Assembly: GCA_964016885.1 (NCBI GenBank)
Contig: CAXHJY010001303.1
Coordinates: forward strand, 1 to 64,000
Length of the DNA stretch: 64,000 bases
Origin: Eledone cirrhosa
Lineage: Eukaryota
Reading direction: 5' to 3'
Shown here: positions 35,301 through 50,600 of the stretch, one piece after another
Numbering within the stretch: position 1 is the stretch's first letter
Layout: each line of letters starts with the position of its first letter
Translations under genes and position numbers: made by a program
Notes under the pieces: generated by a model
Told to the model about the DNA's origin: nothing
The model's database searches: none
What the model saw: the letters and a program-made list of their open reading frames with translations, nothing else

Positions 35301-35790
35301 ACGTATATATATATACATGGTCTGTAACGTATATATATACATGGTCTGTAACGTATATATACATGGTTTGTAACGTATATATATATATACATGGTCTGTA
35401 ACGTATATATACATGGTTTGTAACGTATATATATATACATGGTCTATAACGTATATATATATACATGGTCTATAACGTATATATATATACATGGTCTGTA
35501 ACGTATATATATACATGGTCTGTAACGTATATATATATACATGGTTTGTAACATATATATATATATATACAGGGTCTGTAACGTATATATATATACATGG
35601 TCTGTAACGTATATATATATACATGGTCTGTAACGTATATATATATACATGGTTTGTAACGTATATATACATGGTCTGTAACGTATATATATATACATGG
35701 TTTGTAACGTATATATACATGGTCTGTAACGTATATATATATACATGGTTTGTAACATATATATACATGGTCTGTAACGTATATATATAT
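29330..35790. repeat. Imperfect block duplication C (about 29330-32080 vs about 32500-35790)
   Basis: Shared ordered markers: CATGGTTGTAAC 29481/32651, TATTTA spacer near 30050/33272, TTGAAACG 30262/33480, CAGGG 30340/33558, CATGGCTTG 31488/35216, paired CTATAAC 31734/35438. The offset grows from 3170 to about 3700. Confidence 0.8.
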
Positions 35791-38700
35791 ACATGGTCTG
35801 TAACGTATATATATATACATGGTTTGTAACGTATATATATATATACATGGTCTGTAACGTATATATATATACATGGTTTGTAACGTATATATACATGGTC
35901 TGTAACGTATATATATATACATGGTTTGTAACATATATATACATGGTCTGTAACGTATATATATATACATGGTCTGTAACGTATATATATATACATGGTT
36001 TGTAACGTATATATATATACATGGTCTGTAACGTATATATATACATTGTCTGTAACGTATGTATATATACATGGTCTGTAACGTATATATATATAAATGG
36101 TGTGTAACGTATATATATATACATGGTCTGTAACGTATATATATATACATGGTTTGTAACATATATATATATACATGGTCTGTAACGTATATATACATGG
36201 TCTGTAACGTATATATATATACATGGTTTGTAACGTATATATATATACATGGTCTGTAACGTATATATATATACATGGTCTGTAACGTATATATATACAT
36301 GGTCTGTAACGTATATATACATGGTCTGTAACGTATATATATGTACATGGTTTGTAACGTATATATATATACATGGTCTGTAACGTATATATATATACAT
36401 GGTTTGTAACATATATATACATGGTCTGTAACGTATATATATATACATGGTTGTAACGTATATATATACATGGTCTGTAACGTATATATACATGGTCTGT
36501 AACGTATATATATGTACATGGTTTGTAACGTATATATATATACATGGTCTGTAACGTATATATATACATGGTCTGTAACGTATATATATACATGGTCTGT
36601 AACGTATATATATATATACATGGTCTGTAACGTATATATACAGGGTTTGTAACGTATATATATATACAAGGTCTGTAACGTATATATAAATGGTTTGTAA
36701 CGTATATATATATACATGGTCTGTAACGTATATATATATACATGGTCTGTAACGTATATATATACATGGTCTGTAACGTATATATATATACATGGTCTGT
36801 AACGTGTATATATATACATGGTCTGTAACGTATATATATATACATGGTCTGTAACGTATATATATATACATGGTCTGTAACGTATATATACATGGTCTGT
36901 AACATATATATACATGGTTTGTAACGTATATATATATACATGGTTTGTAACGTATATATATATACATGGTCTGTAACGTATATATACATGGTCTGTAACG
37001 TATATATATATACATGGTCTGTAACGTATATATATATACATGGTCTGTAACGTATATATATGTACATGGTCTGTAACGTTTTATATATATACATGGTTTG
37101 TAACATATATATATATACATGGTCTGTAACGTATATATACATGGTCTGTAACGTATACATATATACATAGTTTGTAACGTATATATATATACATGGTCTG
37201 TAACGTATATATATACATGGTCTGTAACGTATATATACATGGTCTGTAACGTATATATATATACCTGGTTTGTAACGTATATATATATATACATGGTCTG
37301 TAACGTATATATATATACATGGTCTGTAACGTATATATACATGGTTTGTAACGTATATATATATATACATGGTCTGTAACGTATATATATACATGGTCTG
37401 TAACGTATATATACATGGTTTGTAACGTATATATATATACATGGTCTGTAACGTATATATATATACATGGTCTGTAACGTATATATATACATGGTCTGTA
37501 ACGTATATATATATACATGGTCTGTAACGTATATATATATACATGGTCTGTAACGTATATATATATACATGGTCTGTAACGTATATATATATACATGGTC
37601 TGTAACGTATATATATATATACATGGTCTGTAACGTATATATATATACATGGTTTGTAACGTATATATACATGGTTTGTAACGTATATATATATACATGG
37701 TCTGTAACGTATATATATATACATGATTTGTAACGTATATATATATACATGGTTTGTAACGTATATATATATACATGGTCTGTAACGTATATATATATAC
37801 ATGGTTTATAACGTATATATATATATATACATGGTCTGTAACGTATATATATATACATGCTCTGTAACGTATATATATACATGGTCTGTAACGTATATAT
37901 ATATACATGGTCTGTAACATATATATATATACATGGTTTGTAACGTATATATACATGGTCTGTAACGTATATATATATACATGGTTTGTAACATATATAT
38001 ACATGGTCTGTAACGTATATATATATATACATGGTCTGTAACGTATATATATATACATTGTTTGTAACGTATATATATATACATGGTCTGTAACGTATAT
38101 ATATACATGGTCTGTAACGTATATATATATACATGGTCTGTAACGTATATATATATACATGGTCTGTAACGTATATATACATGGTCTGTAACGTATATAT
38201 ATATACATGGTCTGTAACGTATATATATATACATGGTCTGTAACGTATATATATATACATGGTTTGTAACATATATATATATATATACATGGTCTGTAAC
38301 GTATATATACATGGTCTGTAACGTATATATATATACATGGTTTGTAACGTATATATATATATATACATGGTTTTTAACGTATATATATATACATGGTCTG
38401 TAACGTATATATATACATGGTCTGTAACGTATATATACATAGTTTGTAACGTATATATATATACATGGTCTGTAACGTATATATACATGGTTTGTAACGT
38501 ATATATATATACATGGTCTGTAACGTATATATATACATGGTCTGTAACGTATATATATATACATGGTTTGTAACATATATATATATATACATGGTCTGTA
38601 ACGTATATATATATACATGGTCTGTAACATATATATATACATGGTCTGTAACGTATATATATATACATGGTCTGTAACGTATATATATATACATGGTTTG

Positions 38701-41700
38701 TAACGTATATATATATACATGGTTTGTAACGTATATATACATGGTTTTTAACGTATATATATATACATGGTCTGTAACGTATATATATATATACATGGTT
38801 TGTAACGTATATATATATACATGGTCTGTAACGTATATATATATACATGGTCTGTAACGTATATATATATACATGGTCTGTAACATATATATACATGGTT
38901 TGTAACGTATATATATATACATGGTTTGTAACGTATATATATATACATGGTCTGTAACGTATATATATATATACATGGTTTGTAACGTATATATATATAC
39001 ATGGTTTGTAACGTATATATATATACATGGTTTGTAACGTATATATATATATATACATGGTTTGTAACATATATATATATACATGGTCTGTAACGTATAT
39101 ATATATACATGGTCTGTAACGTATATATACATGGTCTGTAACGTATATATATATACATGGTCTGTAACGTATATATATATACATGGTCTGTAACGTATAT
39201 ATATATACATGGTCTGTAACGTATATATATATACATGGTTTGTAACGTATATATGTATACAACGTCTGTAACGTATATATATACATGGTCTGTAACGTAT
39301 ATATACATGGTCTGTAACGTATATATATATACATGGTTTGTAACGTATATATATACATGGTTTGTAACGTATATATATATACATGGTCTGTAACGTATAT
39401 ATATATACATGGTCTGTAACGTATATATATATATATAGTCTGTAACGTATATATATATACATGGTTTGTAACGTATATATATATACATGGTCTGTAACGT
39501 ATATATACATAAATGGTCTGTAACGTATATATATATACATGGTCTGTAACGTATATATATATACATGGTCTGTAACGTATATATACATGGTCTGTAACGT
39601 ATATATATATACATGGTTTGTAACGTATATATATATACATGGTCTGTAACGTATATATATATACATGGTCTGTAACGTATATATATATATACATGGTCTG
39701 TAACGTATATATACAGGGTTTGTAACGTATATATATATACATGGTCTGTAACGTATATATATACATGGTTTGTAACGTATATATATATACATGGTCTGTA
39801 ACGTATATATATATACATTGTCTGTAACGTATATATATACATGGTCTGTAACGTATATATATATATATATACATGGTTTGTAACATATATATATATATAC
39901 ATGGTCTGTAACGTATATATATATACATGGTCTGTAACGTATATATATATACATGGTCTGTAACGTATATATATATACATGGTCTGTAACGTATATATAT
40001 ATACATGGTCTTTAACGTATATATACATGGTCTGTAACATATATATACATGGTTTGTAACGTATATATATATACATGGTTTGTAACGTATATATATATAC
40101 ATGGTCTGTAACATATATATATATATACATGGTCTGTAACGTATATATATATACATGGTTTGTAACGTATATATATATACATGGTTTGTAACGTATATAT
40201 ATATACATGGTTTGTAACATATATATATATACATGGTCTGTAACGTATATATATATACATGGTCTGTAACGTATATATACATGGTCTGTAACGTATATAT
40301 ATATACATGGTCTGTAACGTATATATATATACATGGTCTGTAACGTATATATATGTACATGGTCTGTAACGTTTTATATATATACATTGTTTGTAACATA
40401 TATATATATACATGGTCTGTAACGTATATATACATGGTCTGTAACGTATATATATATATACATAGTTTGTAACGTATATATATATACATGGTCTGTAACG
40501 TATATATATACATGTTCTGTAACGTATATATACATGGTCTGTAACGTATATATATATACATGGTTTGTAACGTATATATATATACATGGTCTGTAACGTA
40601 TATATATACATGGTCTGTAACGTATATATACATGGTTTGTAACGTATATATATATACATGGTCTGTAACGTATATATATACATGGTCTGTAACGTATATA
40701 TACATGGTTTGTAACGTATATATATATACATGGTCTGTAACGTATATATACATGGTCTGTAACGTGTATATATATACATGGTCTGCAACGTATATATATA
40801 CATGGTCTGTAACGTATATATATATACATGGTCTGTAACGTATATATATACATGGTCTGTAACGTATATATATATACATGGTCTGTAACGTATATATATA
40901 TGCATGGTCTGTAACGTATATATATATACATGGTCTGTAACGTATATATATATATACATGGTCTGTAACGTATATATATATACATGGTTTGTAACGTATA
41001 TATACATGGTTTGTAACGTATATATATATACATGGTTTGTAACGTATATATATATACATGGTTTGTAACGTATATATATATACATGGTCTGTAACGTATA
41101 TATATATACATGGTTTGTAACGTATATATATATATATACATGGTCTGTAACGTATATATATATACATGCTCTGTAACGTATATATATACATGGTCTGTAA
41201 CGTATATATATATACATGGTCTGTAACATATATATATATACATGGTTTGTAACGTATATATACATGGTCTGTAACGTATATATATATATACATGGTCTGT
41301 AACGTATATATATATACATTGTTTGTAACGTATATATATATACATGGTCTGTAACGTATATATATACATGGTCTGTAACGTATATATATATACATGGTCT
41401 GTAACGTATATATATATACATGGTCTGTAACGTATATATACATGGTCTGTTACGTATATATATATACATGGTCTGTAACGTATATATATATACATGGTCT
41501 GTAACGTATATATATATACATGGTCTGTAACGTATATATATATACATGGTTTGTAAGAGATATATATATATATACATGGTCTGTAACGTATATATACATG
41601 GTCTGTAACGTATATATATATACATGGTTTGTAACGTATATATATATACATGGTCTGTAACGTATATATATACATGGTCTGTAACGTATATATACATAGT

Positions 41701-44700
41701 TTGTAACGTATATATATATACATGGTCTGTAACGTATATATACATGGTTTGTAACGTATATATATATACATGGTCTGTAACGTATATATATACATGGTCT
41801 GTAACGTATATATATATACATGGTCTGTAACGTATATATATATACATGGTCTGTAACGTATATATATATGGTTTGTAACGTATATATATATACATGGTTT
41901 GTAACGTATATATATATACATGGTCTGTAACGTATATATATATATACATGGTTTGTAACGTATATATATATACATGGTTTGTAACGTATATATATATACA
42001 TGGTTTGTAACGTATATATATATATACATGGTTTGTAACATATATATGTATACATGGTCTGTAACGTATATATATATACATGGTCTGTAACGTATATATA
42101 CATGGTCTGTAACGTATATATATATACATGGTCTGTAACGTATATATATATATACATGGTTTGTAACATATATATATATACATGGTCTGTAACATATATA
42201 TACATGGTCTGTAACGTATATATATATACATGGTTTGTAACGTATATATATACATGGTTTGTAACGTATATATATATACATGGTCTGTAACGTATATATA
42301 TATACATGGTCTGTAACGTATATATATATACATGGTCTGGAACGTATATATATATACATGGTTTGTAATGTATATATATATACATGGTCTGTAACGTATA
42401 TATACATAAATGGTCTGTAACGTATATATATATACATGGTCTGTAACGTATATATATATATACATGGTCTGTAACGTATATATATACATCGTCTGTAACG
42501 TATATATACATACATGGTCTGTAACATATATATATATACATGGTCTGTAACGTATATATATATACATGGTCGGTAACGTATATATATATACATGGTCTGT
42601 AACGTATATATACATGGTCTGTAACGTATATATATATACATGGTTTGTAACGTATATATATATACATGGTCTGTAACGTATATATATATACATGGTCTGT
42701 AACGTATATATATATATACATGGTCTGTAACGTATATATACAGGGTTTGTAACGTATATATATATACATGGTCTGTAACGTATATATACATGGTTTGTAA
42801 CGTATATATATATACATGGTCTGTAACGTATATATATATACTTTGTCTGTAACGTATATATATACATGGTCTGTAACGTATATATATATATACATGGTTT
42901 GTAACATATATATATATATACATGGTCTGTAACGTATATATATATACATGGTCTGTAACGTATATATATATACATGGTCTGTAACGTATATATATATATA
43001 CATGGTCTGTAACGTATATATATATACATGGTCTTTAACGTATATATACATGGTCTGTAACATATATATACATGGTTTGTAACGTATATATATATACATG
43101 GTTTGTAACGTATATATATATACATGGTCTGTAACGTATATATATATATATACATGGTCTGTAACGTATATATATATACATGGTTTGTAACATATATATA
43201 TATATACATGGTCTGTAACGTATATATATATACATGGTCTGTAACGTATATATACATGGTCTGTAACGTATATATATATACATGGTCTGTAACGTATATA
43301 TATATACATGGTCTGTAACGTATATATATGTACATGGTCTGTAACGTTTTATATATATACATTGTTTGTAACATATATATATATACATGGTCTGTAACGT
43401 ATATATACATGGTCTGTAACGTATATATATATACATAGTTTGTAACGTATATATATATACATGGTCTGTAACGTATATATATACATGGTCTGTAACGTAT
43501 ATATACATGGTCTGTAACGTATATATATATACATGGTTTGTAACGTATATATATATACATGGTCTGTAACGTATATATATACATGGTCTGTAACGTATAT
43601 ATACATGGTTTGTAACGTATATATATATACATGGTCTGTAACGTATATATATACATGGTCTGTAACGTATATATATATACATGGTCTGTAACGTGTATAT
43701 ATATACATGATTTGTAACATATATATATATATACATGGTCTGTAACGTATATATATATACATGGTCTGTAACGTATATATATATATACATCGTCTGTAAC
43801 GTATATATATATATACATCGTCTGTAACGTATATGTATATACATGGTCTGTAACGAATATATATATATACATGGTCTGTAACGTATATATATATACATTG
43901 TTTGTAACGTATATATACATGGTTTGTAACGTATATATATATATACATGGTTTGTAACGTATATATATATACATGGTTTGTAACGTATATATATATACAT
44001 GGTCTGTAACGTATATATATATACATGGTCTGTAACGTATATATATACATGGTCTGTAACGTATATATATATACATGGTCTGTAACGTATATATATATAC
44101 ATGGTTTGTAACGTATATATATACATGGTTTGTAACATATATATACATGGTCTGTAACGTATATATATAAATACATGGTCTGTAACGTATATATATATAC
44201 ATGGTTTGTAACGTATATATATATACATGGTCTGTAACGTATATATATACATGGTCTGTAACGTATATATATATACATGGTCTGTAACGTATATATATAT
44301 ACATGGTCTGTAACGTATATATACATGGTCTGTAACGTATATATATATACATGGTCTGTAACGTATATATATATACATTGTCTGTAACGTATATATATAT
44401 ACATGGTTTGTAACATATATATATATATATATACATGGTCTGTAACCTATATATATACATGGTCTGTAACGTATATATACATAGTTTGTAACGTATATAT
44501 ATATACATGGTCTGTAACGTATATATACATGGTTTGTAACGTATATATATATACATGGTCTGTAACGTATATATATATACATGGTCTGTAACGTATATAT
44601 ATACATGGTCTGTAACGTATATATATATACATGGTTTGTAACATATATATATATATATACATGATCTGTAACGTATATATATATACATGGTCTGTAACGT

Positions 44701-44889
44701 ATATATATACATGGTCTGTAACGTATATATATATACATGGTTTGTAACGTATATATGTATACATCGTCTGTAACGTATATATACATGGGCTGTAAGGTAT
44801 ATATATATATACATGGTTTGTAACATATATATATACATGGTTTGTAACGTATATATATATACATGGTCTGTAACGTATATACATATACA

Positions 44890-47660
44890 TGGTCTGTAAC
44901 GTATATATATATACATGGTCTGTAACGTATATATATATATACATGGTTTGTAACGTATATATATATACATCGTCTGTAACGTATATATACATAAATGGTC
45001 TGTAACGTATATATATATACATAGTCTGTAACGTATATATATATACATGGTCTGTAACGTATATATATACATCGTCTGTAACGTATATATACATACATGG
45101 TCTGTAACGTATATATAAATACATGGTCTGTAACGTATATATATATACATGGTCTGTAACGTATATATATATACATGGTCTGTAACGTATATATACATGG
45201 TCTGTAACGTATATATATATACATGGTTTGTAATGTATATATATATACATGGTCTGTAACGTATATATATATACATGGTTTGTAATGTATATATATATAC
45301 ATGGTCTGTAACGTATATATACATGGTCTGTAACGTATATATATATACATAGGTCTGTAACGTATATATATATACATGGTCTGTAACGTATATATACATG
45401 GTCTGTAACGTATATATATATACATGGTCTGTAACGTATATATATATACATGGTCTGTAACGTATATATACATGGTCTGTAACGTATATATATATACATC
45501 GTCTGTAACGTATATATATATACATGGTCTGTAACGTATATATATATACATGGTCTGTAACGTATATATATACATGGTCTGTAACGTATATATACATGGT
45601 TTGTAACGTATATATATATACATCGTCTGTAACGTATATATATACATCGTCTGTAACGTATATATACATGGTTTGTAACGTATATATATATACATGGTCT
45701 GTAACGTATATATACATGGTCTGTAACGTATATATATATACATGGTCTGTAACGTATATATATACATGGTCTGTAACGTATATATATATACATGATTTGT
45801 AACATATATATATATATACATGGTCTGTAACGTATATATATATACATTGTCTGTAACGTATATATATATATATACGTGGTCTGTAACGTATATATATATA
45901 CATGGTTTGTAACGTATATATACATGGTTTGTAACGTATATATATATACATGGTCTGTAACGTATATATATTTACATGGTTTGTAACGTATATATATATA
46001 TATACATGGTCTGTAACGTATATATATATATATACATGGTCTGTAACGTATATATATATACATGGTCTGTAACGTATATATATACATGGTCTGTAACGTA
46101 TATATATATACATGGTCTGTAACGTATATATATATACATGGTTTGTAACGTATATATACATGGTCTGTAACGTATATATATATACATGGTTTGTAACATA
46201 TATATACATGGTCTGTAACGTATATATATATATACATGGTCTGTAACGTATATATATATACATGGTTTGTAACGTATATATATATACATGGTCTGTAACG
46301 TATATATATATACATGGTCTGTAACGTATATATATATATACATGGTTTGTAACGTATATATATATACATCGTCTGTAACGTATATATACATAAATGGTCT
46401 GTAACGTATATATATATACATAGTCTGTAACGTATATATATATACATGGTCTGTAACGTATATATATACATCGTCTGTAACGTATATATACATACATGGT
46501 CTGTAACGTATATATAAATACATGGTCTGTAACGTATATATATATACATGGTCTGTAACGTATATATATATACATGGTCTGTAACGTATATATACATGGT
46601 CTGTAACGTATATATATATACATGGTTTGTAATGTATATATATATACATGGTCTGTAACGTATATATACATGGTCTGTAAGGTATATATATATACATAGG
46701 TCTGTAACGTATATATATATACATGGTCTGTAACGTATATATACATGGTCTGTAACGTATATATATATACATGGTCTGTAACGTATATATATATACATGG
46801 TCTGTAACGTATATATACATGGTCTGTAACGTATATATATATACATCGTCTGTAACGTATATATATATACATCGTCTGTAACGTATATATATATACATGG
46901 TCTGTAACGTATATATATATACATGGTCTGTAACGTATATATATACATGGTCTGTAACGTATATATACATGGTTTGTAACGTATATATATATACATCGTC
47001 TGTAACGTATATATATACATCGTCTGTAACGTATATATACATGGTTTGTAACGTATATATATATACATGGTCTGTAACGTATATATACATGGTCTGTAAC
47101 GTATATATATATACATGGTCTGTTACGTATATATATACATGGTCTGTAACGTATATATATATACATGATTTGTAACATATATATATATATACATGGTCTG
47201 TAACGTATATATATATACATTGTCTGTAACGTATATATATATATACGTGGTCTGTAACGTATATATATATACATGGTTTGTAACGTATATATACATGGTT
47301 TGTAACGTATATATATATACATGGTCTGTAACGTATATATATATACATGGTTTGTAACGTATATATATATATATACATGGTCTGTAACGTATATATATAT
47401 ATATACATGGTCTGTAACGTATATATATACATGGTCTGTAACGTATATATATATACATGGTCTGTAACGTATATATATATACATGGTTTGTAACGTATAT
47501 ATACATGGTCTGTAACGTATATATATATACATGGTTTGTAACATATATATACATGGTCTGTAACGTATATATATATATACATGGTCTGTAACGTATATAT
47601 ATATACATGGTTTGTAACGTATATATATATACATGGTCTGTAACGTATATATATATACAT
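44890..47660. repeat. Tandem block duplication D (period about 1.35-1.40 kb)
   Basis: CATCG monomer followed by CATAAATGG at 44968/46367, +A monomer CATAGG 45348/46695, CGTGG 45875/47246, and an identical ORF at 45524/46897. Confidence 0.88.
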
Positions 47661-50600
47661 GGTCTGTAACGTATATATATATACATGGTCTGTAACGTAT
47701 ATATACATGGTCTGTAACGTATATATATATACATGGTCTGTAACGTATATATACATGGTCTGTAACGTATATATATATACATGGTCTGTAACGTATATAT
47801 ACATGGTCTGTAACGTATATATATATACATGGTCTGTAACGTATATATATATACATGGTCTGTAACGTATATATATATATACATGGTCTGTAACGTATAT
47901 ATATACATGGTCTGTAACGTATATATACATGGTATGTAACGTATATATATACATGGTCTGTAACGTATATATACATGGTTTGTAACGTATATATATATAC
48001 ATGGTCTGTAACGTATATATACATGGTCTGTAACGTATATATATATACATGGTCTGTAACGTATATATATATATACATGGTCTGTAACATATATATATAT
48101 ACATGATTTGTAACATACATATACATATACATGGTCTGCAACGTATATATATATACATGGTCTGTACCGTATATATATATACATGGTCTGTAACGTATAT
48201 ATATATATACATGGTCTGTAACGTATATATATATATACATGGTTTGTAACGTATATATACATGGTTTGTAACGTATATATATATACATGGTCTGTAACGT
48301 ATATATATATACATGGTTTGTAACGTATATATATATACATCGTTTGTAACGTATATATATATACATGGTTTGTAACGTATATATATATATATACATGGTC
48401 TGTAACGTATATATATATACATGGTCTGTAACGTATATATATACATGGTCTGTAACGTATATATATATACATGGTCTGTAACGTATATATATATACATGG
48501 TTTGTAACGTATATATACATGGTCTGTAACGTATATATATATACATGGTTTGTAACATATATATACATGGTCTGTAACGTATATATATATATACATGGTC
48601 TGTAACGTATATATATATACATGGTTTGTAACGTATATATATATACATGGTCTGTAACGTATATATATACATGGTCTGTAACGTATATATATATGCATGG
48701 TCTGTAACGTATATATATATACATGGTCTGTAACGTATATATACATGGTCTGTAACGTATATATATATACATGGTCTGTAACATATATATATATACATGG
48801 TCTGTAACGTATATATATATACATGGGTTGTAACATATATATATATATATATACATGGTTTGTAACGTATATATACATGGTTTGTAACGTATATATATAT
48901 ATACATGGTCTGTAACGTATATATACATGGTCTGTAACGTATATATATATACATGGTTTTTAACGTATATATATATACATGGTCTGTAACGTATATATAT
49001 ACATGGTCTGTAACGTATATATACATAGTTTGTAACGTATATATATATACATGGTCTGTAACGTATATATACATGGTTTGTAACGTATATATATATACAT
49101 GGTCTGTAACGTATATATATACATGGTCTGTAACGTATATATATATACATGGTTTGTAACATATATATATATATACATGGTCTGTAACGTATATATATAT
49201 ATACATGGTCTGTAACGTATATATATATATACATGGTCTGTAACGTATATATATATACATGGTCTGTAACGTATATATATATACATGGTTTGTAACGTAT
49301 ATATACATGGTTTTTAACGTATATATATATACATGGTCTGTAACGTATATATATATACATGGTTTGTAACGTATATATATATATACATGGTTTGTAACAT
49401 ATATATATATACATGGTCTGTAACGTATATATATATACATGGTCTGTAACGTATATATACATGGTCTGTAACGTATATATATATACATGGTCTGTAACGT
49501 ATATATATATACATGGTCTGTAACGTATATATATATACATGGTCTGTAACGTATATATATATACATGGTTTGTAACATATATATATATACATGGTCTGTA
49601 ACGTATATATACATGGTCTGTAACGTATATATATATACATGGTTTGTAACGTATATATGTATACATCGTCTGTAACGTATATATATACATGGTCTGTAAC
49701 GTATATATACATGGTCTGTAACGTATATATATATGCATGGTTTGTAACGTATATATATATACATGGTCTGTAACGTATATATATATACATGGTCTGTAAC
49801 GTATATATATATACATGGTCTGTAACGTATATATATATACATGGTTTGTAACGTATATATATATACATCGTCTGTAACGTATATATACATAAATGGTCTG
49901 TAACGTATATATATATACATGGTCTGTAACGTATATATATATACATGGTCTGTAACGTATATATATACATCGTCTGTAACGTATATATACATAAATGGTC
50001 TGTAACGTATATATATATACATGGTCTGTAACGTATATATATATACATGGTCTGTAACGTATATATATATACATGGTCTGTAACGTATATATATACATCG
50101 TCTGTAACGTATATATACATACATGGTCTGTAACGTATATATATATACATGGTTTGTAACGTATATATATATATATACATGGTCTGTAACGTATATATAT
50201 ATATATACATGGTCTGTAACGTATATATATATACATGGTCTGTAACGTATATATATACATGGTCTGTAACGTATATATATATACATGGTCTGTAACGTAT
50301 ATATATATACATGGTTTGTAACGTATATATACATGGTCTGTAACGTATATATATATACATGGTTTGTAACATATATATACATGGTCTGTAACGTATATAT
50401 ATATATACATGGTCTGTAACGTATATATATATACATGGTTTGTAACGTATATATATATACATGGTCTGTAACGTATATATATATACATGGTCTGTAACGT
50501 ATATATATATACATGGTCTGTAACGTATATATACATGGTCTGTAACGTATATATATATACATGGTCTGTAACGTATATATACATGGTCTGTAACGTATAT

